A stretch of 53,734 bases of DNA, taken from a virus (Duplodnaviria; Caudoviricetes). Under the pieces are notes generated by a model, which was given only the letters and a program-made list of their open reading frames with translations, made no database searches and was not told the origin of the DNA. Below, one piece after another: positions 38,762 to 48,208 of this stretch. The DNA lies in IMG/VR virus record IMGVR_UViG_3300048131_000244, positions 1-53,734 of that record. One strand, given 5' to 3'. Positions within the stretch are counted from its first letter, which is position 1. Each line of letters starts with the position of its first letter. The translations under genes and the position numbers were made by a program.

Positions 38762-40027
38762 ATGTACTGGCTAATAGAAGATTTAGAGCAGTTAAAGGTT
38801 TTTTACAATAGTGGTTTTAAAGAGGCATTTGTAGAAGTAATCCCATTTAACAATTTTGAGCACCCAACACAAAACAATGTGTCGGCTGTTTATGTTCGTC
38901 CTATAGAAGCAAGTAAAGGTTTTATGTTATGTTCAAATCATAGCGAAACATTAGGAATAGAACTAAGGCATATAGAAGAGATACTAAAAAAATTCAATAA
39001 ATTATATTGTAGAGATAAAAAAGAATTACTACATTACTTTCCATTAAAAAGCCTTTGGGACATTTCACTCCCCCCTAATACGTATATACGACCAACAACA
39101 CAAACACACGATATATTCTATAATAAACATAAGGATAACCGTGAAATTAACGTAATAATCCCCATAGTAAAGCATTATGAGATATGCGAGCGCACATATG
39201 ATGACTTGCAAGTAAATATTGGTAAAAACACAAATTATGACACATTCTTTAACAGTAAAACCTCATTGGTATTCAACGCAATCGAGAGAAATGGAATACG
39301 AGTACACAAACCCACCTTCGAAGAATACTTCCACACCATTGAAAGTGAATTTGCTTACAGTCAGTACAACTTAAAAACACTAACCACAAGACCATCAAAT
39401 AGATTTAATGGTGTAAACTATGCGGCATTAAATAAGGAAAATGGATCAAGAAAATCATTCATACCTCGAAATGAAAAATTTATTGAAATCGATATCACAG
39501 CGTATCACCCTACTATTAGTTCACACTTGGTTGATTTTGAGTTTCCCGATAGTGATATTCATAGCAGCTTTGCTAAGATGTATGGAGTGGATAGAGAAAA
39601 AGCTAAAGAGCTTACGTTCAAACAGTTATACGGAGGAGTCTTCAAAGAATATAGAGAACTACCCTTCTTTAGAAGGATACAATCTTATATTAACAACACG
39701 TGGCAGACATTCCAAAAGACGGGAGAGATTGAAACGGAAATAAGCGGATACAAATACTATAGGGATTCATTGGAGAATATGAATCCACAAAAACTATTTA
39801 ATTACATTCTCCAAAACTACGAGACTTCTCAAAACATCTTGATTCTCTGGGATATACTTAGTATATTGAGGGGGAAAAAGAGTAAGCTTGTATTATATAC
39901 ATATGATTCGTTTTTGATCGATTTAAGTGATGAGGAAAAGGATTTAGTAAAAGATGTACAAAAAATATTCGAAAATTATAAATTAAATACAAAAATTAAG
40001 TATGGAAGCAGTTATGACTTTAGATAG
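38762..40027 (+). CDS. Compact, divergent family A DNA polymerase
   Basis: TLTTRPS, motif A EIDITAYHP, motif B REKAKELTFKQLYG, NYILQ, motif C YTYDS. Confidence 0.8.
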   Translation: MYWLIEDLEQLKVFYNSGFKEAFVEVIPFNNFEHPTQNNVSAVYVRPIEASKGFMLCSNHSETLGIELRHIEEILKKFNKLYCRDKKELLHYFPLKSLWDISLPPNTYIRPTTQTHDIFYNKHKDNREINVIIPIVKHYEICERTYDDLQVNIGKNTNYDTFFNSKTSLVFNAIERNGIRVHKPTFEEYFHTIESEFAYSQYNLKTLTTRPSNRFNGVNYAALNKENGSRKSFIPRNEKFIEIDITAYHPTISSHLVDFEFPDSDIHSSFAKMYGVDREKAKELTFKQLYGGVFKEYRELPFFRRIQSYINNTWQTFQKTGEIETEISGYKYYRDSLENMNPQKLFNYILQNYETSQNILILWDILSILRGKKSKLVLYTYDSFLIDLSDEEKDLVKDVQKIFENYKLNTKIKYGSSYDFR

Positions 40028-40475
40028 AGAAATCGATACGTATGATATGAAATATGATGTTATAGTCGATTTAGAAAATTTAAAAGATTTGAATAATAAA
40101 CTTTTTTGCACTTTCACTAACTTAGAAAGCTTAGATACTTTGGTTGGTGAACTTTCTTCTAAATACAGTATTATATATAATAAAATGTTTGTTCTTGAAA
40201 TAGTTGGTAAGAATGAATATGTTGTTACGTATAATGTTGAGCAGGGGAATGTCAACGAGATCCCGGAAAACACAATCCTAGTACATAGGAAAAAGGATTC
40301 TAATACCCTTTATACTATTAATGCTTTAAATGAGTTGATCAAAAAGCTTAATGGAGGTGTAGTAGATACTAAATTCCCTATTGATTGGAATCACTATAGA
40401 AATTGTATTTTGCTAACGCAACATAATGAGCTAAATCAGCTCAATACTAAAATTCACAAGATTATTGAACTATAG
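40002..40475 (+). CDS. Hypothetical replication-cluster protein
   Basis: Between polymerase and SSB genes; LVHRKKDSNTLYTINALN; start uncertain. Confidence 0.65.
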   Translation: MEAVMTLDREIDTYDMKYDVIVDLENLKDLNNKLFCTFTNLESLDTLVGELSSKYSIIYNKMFVLEIVGKNEYVVTYNVEQGNVNEIPENTILVHRKKDSNTLYTINALNELIKKLNGGVVDTKFPIDWNHYRNCILLTQHNELNQLNTKIHKIIEL

Positions 40476-40507
40476 CTTGGAGTTTTAAAATTAGGTTATT
40501 ATATTAT
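40476..40507 (+). promoter_or_regulatory. Bacteroidota-type promoter CTTG-N20-TATATTAT
   Basis: Exact 20-nt spacer; upstream of the SSB gene. Confidence 0.55.
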
Positions 40508-40532
40508 CGTTACATAAAAATAAGTTATAAAC

Positions 40533-41366
40533 ATGGATTTAAATGCTATTAAACAGAGGCTGGATAATCTACAGTCCAAAGCTGCCCCGCAGCAAAAAAC
40601 AGATTACACAACAATTTTTTGGCGACCTACAGTAGGTAAGCAACAAGTTAGAATCGTGCCATCGGCATTTGATTCTTCATCACCATTTACAGAGTTGAAA
40701 TTTTATTATGGTATTACAAATAAAGTAATGATTTCTCCTTTAAACTTTGGTGAAAAAGATCCTATTGCAGAATTTTCCCAAAAATTGAGACAAGGAGAAT
40801 ATGATAAAGAAAATTATGTTCTTGCTAAGAAACTAGATGCCAAAAACCGAATCTTTGTTCCTGTAGTAGTACGTGGAGAAGAAGATAAAGGTGTTAGATT
40901 ATGGCAATTTGGTAAGTTGATTTATGAAGATTTACTATCAATGGCTATGGATGATGAAATCGGTGATTACACTGACATAGTTAATGGTCGTGATTTTACT
41001 TTAGAAACAGTAGGTCCAGAATCTACAGGTACTAACTACAACAAAACGTCAGTACGTCCTAGAATGAAAACTTCACCATTATCTGAAGATTCATCTCAAG
41101 TTGAAACTTGGTTAGAAACCCAACCCAACCCAAAAGAAGTATTTAAGCGTTTTACATTTGATGAAATGAAAGATGCTTTAGTTAAGTGGTTATCTCCTGA
41201 GGATAATAATGATGGAGATGCTTTCCCAACTACTACAGCAACTGATACTACTGATCGTAAAGATCTTCCATGGGAAGAAAATGGAAGTGGTAAAGGTAAC
41301 TTTTCATTAGATACTTCTAAAGTAAAAGAAAACAAGAAAGACCAATTTGATAGTATTTTTGATTAA
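40533..41366 (+). CDS. Single-stranded DNA-binding protein (gp32-like)
   Basis: FWRP..G...VRIVP, DPI, VRLWQFGK, GRDF, acidic tail ending FD. Confidence 0.8.
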   Translation: MDLNAIKQRLDNLQSKAAPQQKTDYTTIFWRPTVGKQQVRIVPSAFDSSSPFTELKFYYGITNKVMISPLNFGEKDPIAEFSQKLRQGEYDKENYVLAKKLDAKNRIFVPVVVRGEEDKGVRLWQFGKLIYEDLLSMAMDDEIGDYTDIVNGRDFTLETVGPESTGTNYNKTSVRPRMKTSPLSEDSSQVETWLETQPNPKEVFKRFTFDEMKDALVKWLSPEDNNDGDAFPTTTATDTTDRKDLPWEENGSGKGNFSLDTSKVKENKKDQFDSIFD

Positions 41367-42442
41367 TGGCTAGAAAAAAGAATGCTTCACTCTCGGCAGC
41401 GGTGTCTGCCGAGATCAAAAGCAAATTTGATCTTAATAAATTTAAATCATCTAAAGGTTTAGATAAAAATGTCAAATTTAAGGAACAAGAATGGATCCCA
41501 TTATCTCCAGCATTCCAAGAGGTAACAGGTGTACCCGGAATACCCATGGGGCATATTACTCTACTAAGAGGACACTCCGATACAGGTAAAACAACTGCAT
41601 TATTAGAAGGTGCTGTATCAGCACAACAAAATGGAATTTTACCTATTTTCATTATCACTGAGATGAAATGGAATTGGGAACATGCAGCACAGATGGGATT
41701 AGAGGTAAAACTAATTAAAGACCCAGATACTGGAGAAATATTAGACTATGAAGGTAATTTTATCTATGTAGATAGAGAAACACTTCATACAATTGAAGAT
41801 GTAGCTGCATTTATTATGGATCTACAGAATGAACAGAAAAAAGGTAATCTACCTTATGATTTAGCATTTTTCTGGGATTCAATTGGGTCTATTCCTTGTG
41901 CAATGTCAGTTGAAAAACTAAAGAATAATAACGAATGGAATGCTGGTGCGATGTCAACACAGTTTGGTAACACAGTAAACCAAAGTATTGTAATGTCTCG
42001 TAAAGAATCATCACCTTATACTAATACTTTAATTTGTATTAATAAAGTTTGGACTGCTAAAGCAGAATCACCTATGGGTCAACCCAAGATGATGAATAAA
42101 GGTGGTATGGCTATGTGGTATGATGCAACCTTTGTAGCAACATTCGGAAATGTATCAAATGCTGGTACATCTAAAATCAAAGCGATTAAAGGTGGTAAGC
42201 AAGTTGAATGGGGTAAAAGAACAAATTTACAAATTGATAAAAACCACGTTAATGGTATTCAATCAAGAGGTAAAATTGTAATGACATCTCATGGATTTAT
42301 CCAAGATACAGACAAGGATAAGAATGCTTATAAAACATCACATTCAGATGAATGGTCTAAGATATTAGGTGGTGGTACATTTACAATAGTAGAAGACCAA
42401 GAAGACGTAACACCAATTCAGTACGACGAGTCATCTAATTAA
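41366..42442 (+). CDS. uvsX: RecA/UvsX-like recombinase
   Basis: GIPMGHIT, Walker A GHSDTGKTT, Walker B FFWDS, GG.A..Y, KNH. Confidence 0.8.
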   Translation: MARKKNASLSAAVSAEIKSKFDLNKFKSSKGLDKNVKFKEQEWIPLSPAFQEVTGVPGIPMGHITLLRGHSDTGKTTALLEGAVSAQQNGILPIFIITEMKWNWEHAAQMGLEVKLIKDPDTGEILDYEGNFIYVDRETLHTIEDVAAFIMDLQNEQKKGNLPYDLAFFWDSIGSIPCAMSVEKLKNNNEWNAGAMSTQFGNTVNQSIVMSRKESSPYTNTLICINKVWTAKAESPMGQPKMMNKGGMAMWYDATFVATFGNVSNAGTSKIKAIKGGKQVEWGKRTNLQIDKNHVNGIQSRGKIVMTSHGFIQDTDKDKNAYKTSHSDEWSKILGGGTFTIVEDQEDVTPIQYDESSN

Positions 42443-42451
42443 AATAAAATC

Positions 42452-43492
42452 ATGAAACATAAAGAATTATTTAACCTATTGGATTCTGTCCAAGAAGGTG
42501 AAGAATTACCTACCGCTAAAATCCATGATAAAGTACTAATATTAGATGGTTTAAATCTATTCTTTAGAAACTTTGCTATGATGAATATGGTTAATCCTGA
42601 TGGAGTCCATATTGGTGGTTTGGGTGGGTTTTTCCGTTCTTTAGGTGCTATGATTAGACAAACAAACCCTACCTCTGTTTATGTTGTATTCGATGGGGCA
42701 GGTTCTACTTCCAACCGGAAAAACCTGCTCTCCGAATATAAGGGGACAAGAAATTTACAACGTATTACCAATTGGGATGCATTTGATAATATTGAAGAAG
42801 AACATGATTCTAAAATTGATCAAATCGTTCGTATTATACAATACCTTAAATTATTACCTGTAAAAACTACTATATTAGACAAGGTTGAAGCAGATGACAT
42901 TATTGCGGTGCTAGCTGAAAAGCTAGTTGAAAAACACAACTCTACGTGTTTTATTGTATCAAGTGATAAAGATTTTCTTCAATTAGTAACCGATAAAATT
43001 ATTGTTTATAGACCAATGGAGAAAGAATATTATACTCCAAAGGCAGTAGAAGAAAAATTCGGTTTATTACCACATAATTTTATCCTACATAAAACTCTAC
43101 TAGGTGATAATTCAGATAATATTAAAGGAGTTAAAGGTTTAGGTGCAAAGGGTATATTTAAAAAATTCCCTGAATTAAAAACTCAAGAATTAACCCTTCA
43201 AGATATTTTTGATATATCTGCTAGGAAATTTAAAGACCACATTGTATATTCCCGCATAATTCAGGAACAATCCCGTATTGAAACTAATTATAAAGTAATG
43301 GACCTAAGTACTCCATTAATTGATGAAAGAGGTAAAGAACATATCAATAGATTAATTGATGAAGATTTTCCTGATTTAAATTCTGAAATGTTTATTTCAT
43401 TATACAATGAAGATAAATTAGGAGGAATGATTCGAAATTTAGAGTACTGGTTAAGAGACATTTTTGAACCATTAAAGTTATATAGTGAATGA
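42452..43492 (+). CDS. 5'-3' exonuclease / flap endonuclease (T4 RNase H-like)
   Basis: LILDG.N, VVFDG, YKGTR, EADD, SSDKDFLQL, GDNSDNIKGVKGLG. Confidence 0.92.
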   Translation: MKHKELFNLLDSVQEGEELPTAKIHDKVLILDGLNLFFRNFAMMNMVNPDGVHIGGLGGFFRSLGAMIRQTNPTSVYVVFDGAGSTSNRKNLLSEYKGTRNLQRITNWDAFDNIEEEHDSKIDQIVRIIQYLKLLPVKTTILDKVEADDIIAVLAEKLVEKHNSTCFIVSSDKDFLQLVTDKIIVYRPMEKEYYTPKAVEEKFGLLPHNFILHKTLLGDNSDNIKGVKGLGAKGIFKKFPELKTQELTLQDIFDISARKFKDHIVYSRIIQEQSRIETNYKVMDLSTPLIDERGKEHINRLIDEDFPDLNSEMFISLYNEDKLGGMIRNLEYWLRDIFEPLKLYSE

Positions 43493-44865
43493 CATTAACA
43501 TCGTTAAATCAATATGGTCACGATTTTCAAATAAAGGTTATATCTTCGTTGTTAACCCATAAAGGGTTTTTAACTAACATTCATGATATAATTTCTGAGG
43601 AATATTTTGAAAATCAAGCACATAGGTGGACTATAAAAGAGATACTTTCTTATTATGATAAGTATCATTCAACTCCAACCCTTGAGGTATTAAAAGTTGA
43701 ATTGCAAAAAGTAGAAAATGAGGTATTACAAATTGCAATTAAAGAACAACTTAAAGATGCTTATGTAGCTTCTGATGATGATTTAAAATACATTCAAGAA
43801 GAATTTACTAACTTTTGCAAAAACCAGCAATTAAAAAAGGCACTAATGACCTCTGTAGATTTACTTAAAGGGGGTGATTTTGATGGGATCCGATTTTTAA
43901 TTGATAATGCTATTAAAGCAGGTAACGATAAAAATGTAGGACATGAATATCATAAAGATATTGAAGGGCGTTATACAGTGGATAGACGTAAAACAATCCC
44001 AACCCCTTGGGATGATTTTAATGGTTTACTTCAAGGAGGATTAGGTAATGGTGATTTTGGGTTAATATTTGGAAATCCAGGTGGTGGTAAATCATGGTCA
44101 CTAGTAGCATTAGGTGGATTTGCTGTAAAGTTAGGTTATAACGTATTACACTACACACTTGAATTAGGTGAAGATTATGTAGCAAGACGATATGACGCTT
44201 TCTTTACTAAAATAGATGTAAGTAAAATACTTAATCATAAAGATGCAGTAGAAAAAGTAGTTCCAGAATTAGCAGGAAAGCTAATCGTTAAAGAATTTCC
44301 AACAGGTAAGGCAACAATCTCAACAGTTGAATCTCATATTGCAAAATGTACAGACCTAGGTACAAAACCTGATTTAGTTATCATTGATTATGTTGACCTT
44401 CTTTCATCAAGAAGAAAAAATAGGGAGCGTAAGGATGAAATTGATGATATTTATCAAAGCACCAAAGGCTTGGCTCGAGAATTAGACATCCCTATATGGT
44501 CAGTTTCTCAAGTTAATCGAGCGGGGGCACGCGATGAAATTATAGAAGGAGATAAAGCAGCAGGTTCTTATGATAAGATGATGATTGCTGACTTTGCCGC
44601 TTCTCTTTCTCGTAAAAAAGAAGATAAAGAACGAAACACTGGTAGATTTCATATTATGAAAAACCGTTATGGTAGAGATGGCCACACTTATTCAGTTTTA
44701 GCTGATACTTCAACTGGTCATTTTTCTGTTAAACCCTACCAGTCTGAAGAAAACTCTTTAGAAGCAACTATGGTATCAAATAATCGCTCAAATGAATTTG
44801 ATATTGATACCGATAAGCAAGCTAAAGGTAAGTTGTTAGAAAAGTTCCAATCACTCGATATTTAA
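43489..44865 (+). CDS. Replicative DnaB-like helicase (gp41-like)
   Basis: Walker A GNPGGGKS, YTLEL, IIDYVD, SQVNR, KNRYG. Confidence 0.92.
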   Translation: MTLTSLNQYGHDFQIKVISSLLTHKGFLTNIHDIISEEYFENQAHRWTIKEILSYYDKYHSTPTLEVLKVELQKVENEVLQIAIKEQLKDAYVASDDDLKYIQEEFTNFCKNQQLKKALMTSVDLLKGGDFDGIRFLIDNAIKAGNDKNVGHEYHKDIEGRYTVDRRKTIPTPWDDFNGLLQGGLGNGDFGLIFGNPGGGKSWSLVALGGFAVKLGYNVLHYTLELGEDYVARRYDAFFTKIDVSKILNHKDAVEKVVPELAGKLIVKEFPTGKATISTVESHIAKCTDLGTKPDLVIIDYVDLLSSRRKNRERKDEIDDIYQSTKGLARELDIPIWSVSQVNRAGARDEIIEGDKAAGSYDKMMIADFAASLSRKKEDKERNTGRFHIMKNRYGRDGHTYSVLADTSTGHFSVKPYQSEENSLEATMVSNNRSNEFDIDTDKQAKGKLLEKFQSLDI

Positions 44866-44883
44866 TAAAACAAATTTTAAAAA

Positions 44884-45870
44884 ATGGCTAAAAAATCTTT
44901 ATTACAAGAGCGTATTGTTTATAAACCATTCGAATATCAACAAGCATCTGATTATTGGTTAAAACAACAACAAGCACATTGGCTTCATACTGAAGTACCT
45001 ATGATGTCTGATGTTAACGATTGGAAACAAAATTTATCTGAATCCGAAAAAAATATTATTGGGTCTATTCTTAAAGGGTTTGCTCAAACAGAAACAGTAG
45101 TAAATGATTATTGGTCAACATTAGTAACTTCTTGGTTTAGGAAGCCTGAAGTAATTAAAATGGCTGTAACCTTTGGGGCATTTGAAACTATCCATGCTGA
45201 AGCCTATTCTTTATTAAATGAAGAATTAGGTTTAGATAACTTTAGTGAATTTTTAGAGGATGAAGCAACAATGGCAAAAATTGAAGCTTTAACCTCTGTA
45301 AGAGATTCCCACGATGGTACCCCTAACTGGCATGAGAGAGCTAAATCATTAGCTATTTTTTCAGCATTTACAGAAGGTGTAAACTTATTTAGTTCATTTG
45401 CTGTTTTACTATCATTTAAGTTAGATAACAAATTAAAAGGAGTAGGTCAGATTGTAGAATGGAGCATCAGAGATGAATCATTACATTCAGAAGCAGGTTG
45501 TTGGTTATTTAGGACATTAATGCAAGAACACCCTGAATTTAATACACCTGAATTAAAATCAGATATTGAAGAAGCAGCAAAATTATCTTTAAAATTAGAA
45601 TTAGATTTTATTGATAAGGTATATGAAATGGGGGATTTAAAAGGTTGCCCAAAATATGATTTAGTATCTTTTATTAAACATAGAGTAAATACTAAAATGG
45701 GTGATTTAGGATATGGTGCTATAGTAAATGGTATTGATCAAGAAGCAGTTAAAAGAATGAAATGGTTTGACAGCTTATCAGCTGGGAAACAACACACAGA
45801 TTTCTTTGCTAATAGAGTAACAAATTATAGTAAAGGTGTTCAAAATTGGGACGCAAACGATTTATTTTAA
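44884..45870 (+). CDS. nrdB: Ribonucleotide reductase class I beta subunit
   Basis: YKPFEY, AQTE, ETIHAEAY, TEGVNLFSSF, RDESLH, DFFANRVTNY. Confidence 0.95.
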   Translation: MAKKSLLQERIVYKPFEYQQASDYWLKQQQAHWLHTEVPMMSDVNDWKQNLSESEKNIIGSILKGFAQTETVVNDYWSTLVTSWFRKPEVIKMAVTFGAFETIHAEAYSLLNEELGLDNFSEFLEDEATMAKIEALTSVRDSHDGTPNWHERAKSLAIFSAFTEGVNLFSSFAVLLSFKLDNKLKGVGQIVEWSIRDESLHSEAGCWLFRTLMQEHPEFNTPELKSDIEEAAKLSLKLELDFIDKVYEMGDLKGCPKYDLVSFIKHRVNTKMGDLGYGAIVNGIDQEAVKRMKWFDSLSAGKQHTDFFANRVTNYSKGVQNWDANDLF

Positions 45871-45873
45871 AAT

Positions 45874-47589
45874 ATGGAAAATAACGCATTACAAGTAGAT
45901 TATAGTGAATGGGAAGCTGGAAAACAATTCCCGGCTTGGATGGATGAAATTTCTCTTGCTACTATTAGCAAGGGGTATCTTCTTCCTGGAGAAACTGTAA
46001 GAACAGCATATAAAAGAGTAGCAAATGCTTCAGCAACCCGACTTAAAAAACCAGAACTAGCTAGTAAATTCTTTAAAATCATGTGGAATGGGTGGTTAGG
46101 GTTAGCTTCTCCTGTTTTATCAAATATGGGTACTGATCGTGGTTTACCTATTTCATGTTTTGGTATAGATACACCTGATTCAATACGTGGGATCGGTTTA
46201 ACTAACGCAGAACTAATGAAACTCACCGCCTCCGGTGGTGGTGTAGGTATCTCGTTATCCCGCATTAGAGAACGTGGTACAGGTATTACAGGCAATGGTA
46301 AAAGTGAAGGTGTAGTACCATGGGCTAAGATATTTGATTCATCTATCATAGCAACAAACCAGGGTAATGTACGACGAGGTGCTGCATCTGTAAATCTAGA
46401 TATTGAACATGGTGATATAGAAGAATTTTTACAAATCCGCAGACCTAAAGGTGACCCTAACAGACAATGCCTTAATTTACACCAATGTGTAGTAGTAGGG
46501 GATAGCTTTATGCGTAAGCTAGAAAACCGTGACTCAGAAGCTATGGGTAAGTGGGCTACTGTACTAAAATCTAGAATGGAAACTGGAGAACCCTACATTA
46601 TGTACAAGGATAATGTAAATAAAGATAATCCTATTGCTTATAGATTAAATAATCTAGAGGTAAGTATGACTAACATATGTTCTGAAATTACATTATTTAC
46701 AGATGAAGAACATAGCTTTATATGTTGTTTATCATCTATGAATTTAGCAAAATATGATGAATGGAAAGACACAGATTCTGTTGAATTAGCTACTTGGTTC
46801 TTAGATGGTGTAATGCAAGAATTTATTGATAAATCTAATGGTAAGGAAAGTTTAAAAAGAACACATTCACATGCTAGAAAAGGTAGAGCTTTAGGTTTAG
46901 GAGTAATGGGTTGGCATTCATTTTTACAACAAAAACAATTACCATTTAATTCAGTAGCATCTACAGCTCATACCCATAACATATTTTCAGATATTAGATC
47001 AAAAGCTGAAAAAGCATCTATGGAATTAGCTCAAGAATATGGTGAACCATTATGGTGTAAAGGAACAGGTATGAGAAATACCCATTTACTTGCAGTTGCA
47101 CCAACAGTATCTAATTCTGTTATTTGTGGAGGTATTAGTGCTGGAATTGAACCATTACCCGCTAACATTTATACATTTAATGGTGCTAAAGGGACATTTA
47201 TTCGTAAAAATAAAGTACTCCAAGAAATTTTAGCTTCTAAAGGAGAAGATAAAGATAAATGGTGGGATCAGATGCTTCAAGAAGATGGTTCAGTCCAAGG
47301 TTTACCTGATAATATCCTAACCCCAGAAGAAAAAGAATTATTTTTGACTTTCCCAGAAATAAATCAATTAGAATTAGTAAGACAAGCTGCTATTAGACAG
47401 CGATATATTGACCAAACACAGTCGTTAAATTTAAGTTTTGACCCTAATGATTCACCTAAATGGATTAATCAAGTTCATTTAGAAAGTTGGAAATTAGGTA
47501 TTAAAACACTTTATTATTTGCGTACTGATTCCGTAATTAAAGGTGATCTAGGATCTAGAATGGCTGACTGCATCAGTTGTGATGGATAA
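45874..47589 (+). CDS. nrdA: Ribonucleotide reductase class I alpha subunit (short, no ATP cone apparent)
   Basis: PISCF, GGGVG, RRGA, TNICSEI, CCLSS, APTVS, KTLYY, C-terminal CxxC. Confidence 0.95.
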   Translation: MENNALQVDYSEWEAGKQFPAWMDEISLATISKGYLLPGETVRTAYKRVANASATRLKKPELASKFFKIMWNGWLGLASPVLSNMGTDRGLPISCFGIDTPDSIRGIGLTNAELMKLTASGGGVGISLSRIRERGTGITGNGKSEGVVPWAKIFDSSIIATNQGNVRRGAASVNLDIEHGDIEEFLQIRRPKGDPNRQCLNLHQCVVVGDSFMRKLENRDSEAMGKWATVLKSRMETGEPYIMYKDNVNKDNPIAYRLNNLEVSMTNICSEITLFTDEEHSFICCLSSMNLAKYDEWKDTDSVELATWFLDGVMQEFIDKSNGKESLKRTHSHARKGRALGLGVMGWHSFLQQKQLPFNSVASTAHTHNIFSDIRSKAEKASMELAQEYGEPLWCKGTGMRNTHLLAVAPTVSNSVICGGISAGIEPLPANIYTFNGAKGTFIRKNKVLQEILASKGEDKDKWWDQMLQEDGSVQGLPDNILTPEEKELFLTFPEINQLELVRQAAIRQRYIDQTQSLNLSFDPNDSPKWINQVHLESWKLGIKTLYYLRTDSVIKGDLGSRMADCISCDG

Positions 47590-47612
47590 TAGATATTTTT
47601 GATTTTCTTTTT

Positions 47613-47638
47613 AAAGGGTGCGAAAGCACCCTTTTTTT
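47613..47638 (+). terminator. Rho-independent terminator
   Basis: AAAGGGTGC-GAAA-GCACCCTTT followed by a T run, after nrdA. Confidence 0.92.
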
Positions 47639-47737
47639 ATTATATGTATTACCAACAACAACAAACAGTTCTTCACAAATCGTTTTCCAAACGTTATTTA
47701 TTTAATGGTTTCTAATTGTTGCTAAATCGCAGTAATT

Positions 47738-48208
47738 ATGAAATGGATAGTAATAGTCCTAAGTTGCCTAATAGGGTTTCTTGCTATAGGTCAAGAAATT
47801 AATATAGGCAAGGTAGACAATAAAATAGTATTAGGTGATCTCGCAGGTAATCGAGATCTAGCATTCGGTGTAAAGAATGTACTAGAAGAAGTAGTTCAAG
47901 ACTATGGCTACTATCTTAATCCTAACTCTCCATTAGAACTTACTGTAGACATATTATACTTTGATGTAAAGAAAAGTAATATGCAATTAGCTGTATATAG
48001 TAAAAATATAGATGTTTACCAAATAGCAGCACAAGCAACATTATATAAGGATGGAAAAAAGAAAAAGCGTGTATCTGCTAGAGGTACTGCTAAATCTATA
48101 TCAACCTCTACCTTAGTAATAGACAAAGGTGGAAAGTTTTCACAAGCAAATGTTTCAACAGCTATAAAAAAATTATGTGAACAATTGATTGATAAATTAA
48201 AATTATGA
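47738..48208 (+). CDS. Exported protein, possibly with a CsgG/TolB-N-like alpha/beta fold
   Basis: Signal peptide; G...LEE helix, beta strands and C-terminal STAIKK helix parallel the 50804 protein. Confidence 0.45.
   Translation: MKWIVIVLSCLIGFLAIGQEINIGKVDNKIVLGDLAGNRDLAFGVKNVLEEVVQDYGYYLNPNSPLELTVDILYFDVKKSNMQLAVYSKNIDVYQIAAQATLYKDGKKKKRVSARGTAKSISTSTLVIDKGGKFSQANVSTAIKKLCEQLIDKLKL

Noticed and set aside
38762-40027. DpoZ / Z-genome or another modified-base system
   Set aside because: No PurZ, dATPase or base-modification genes are visible in this window; divergent polymerase motifs alone do not support it
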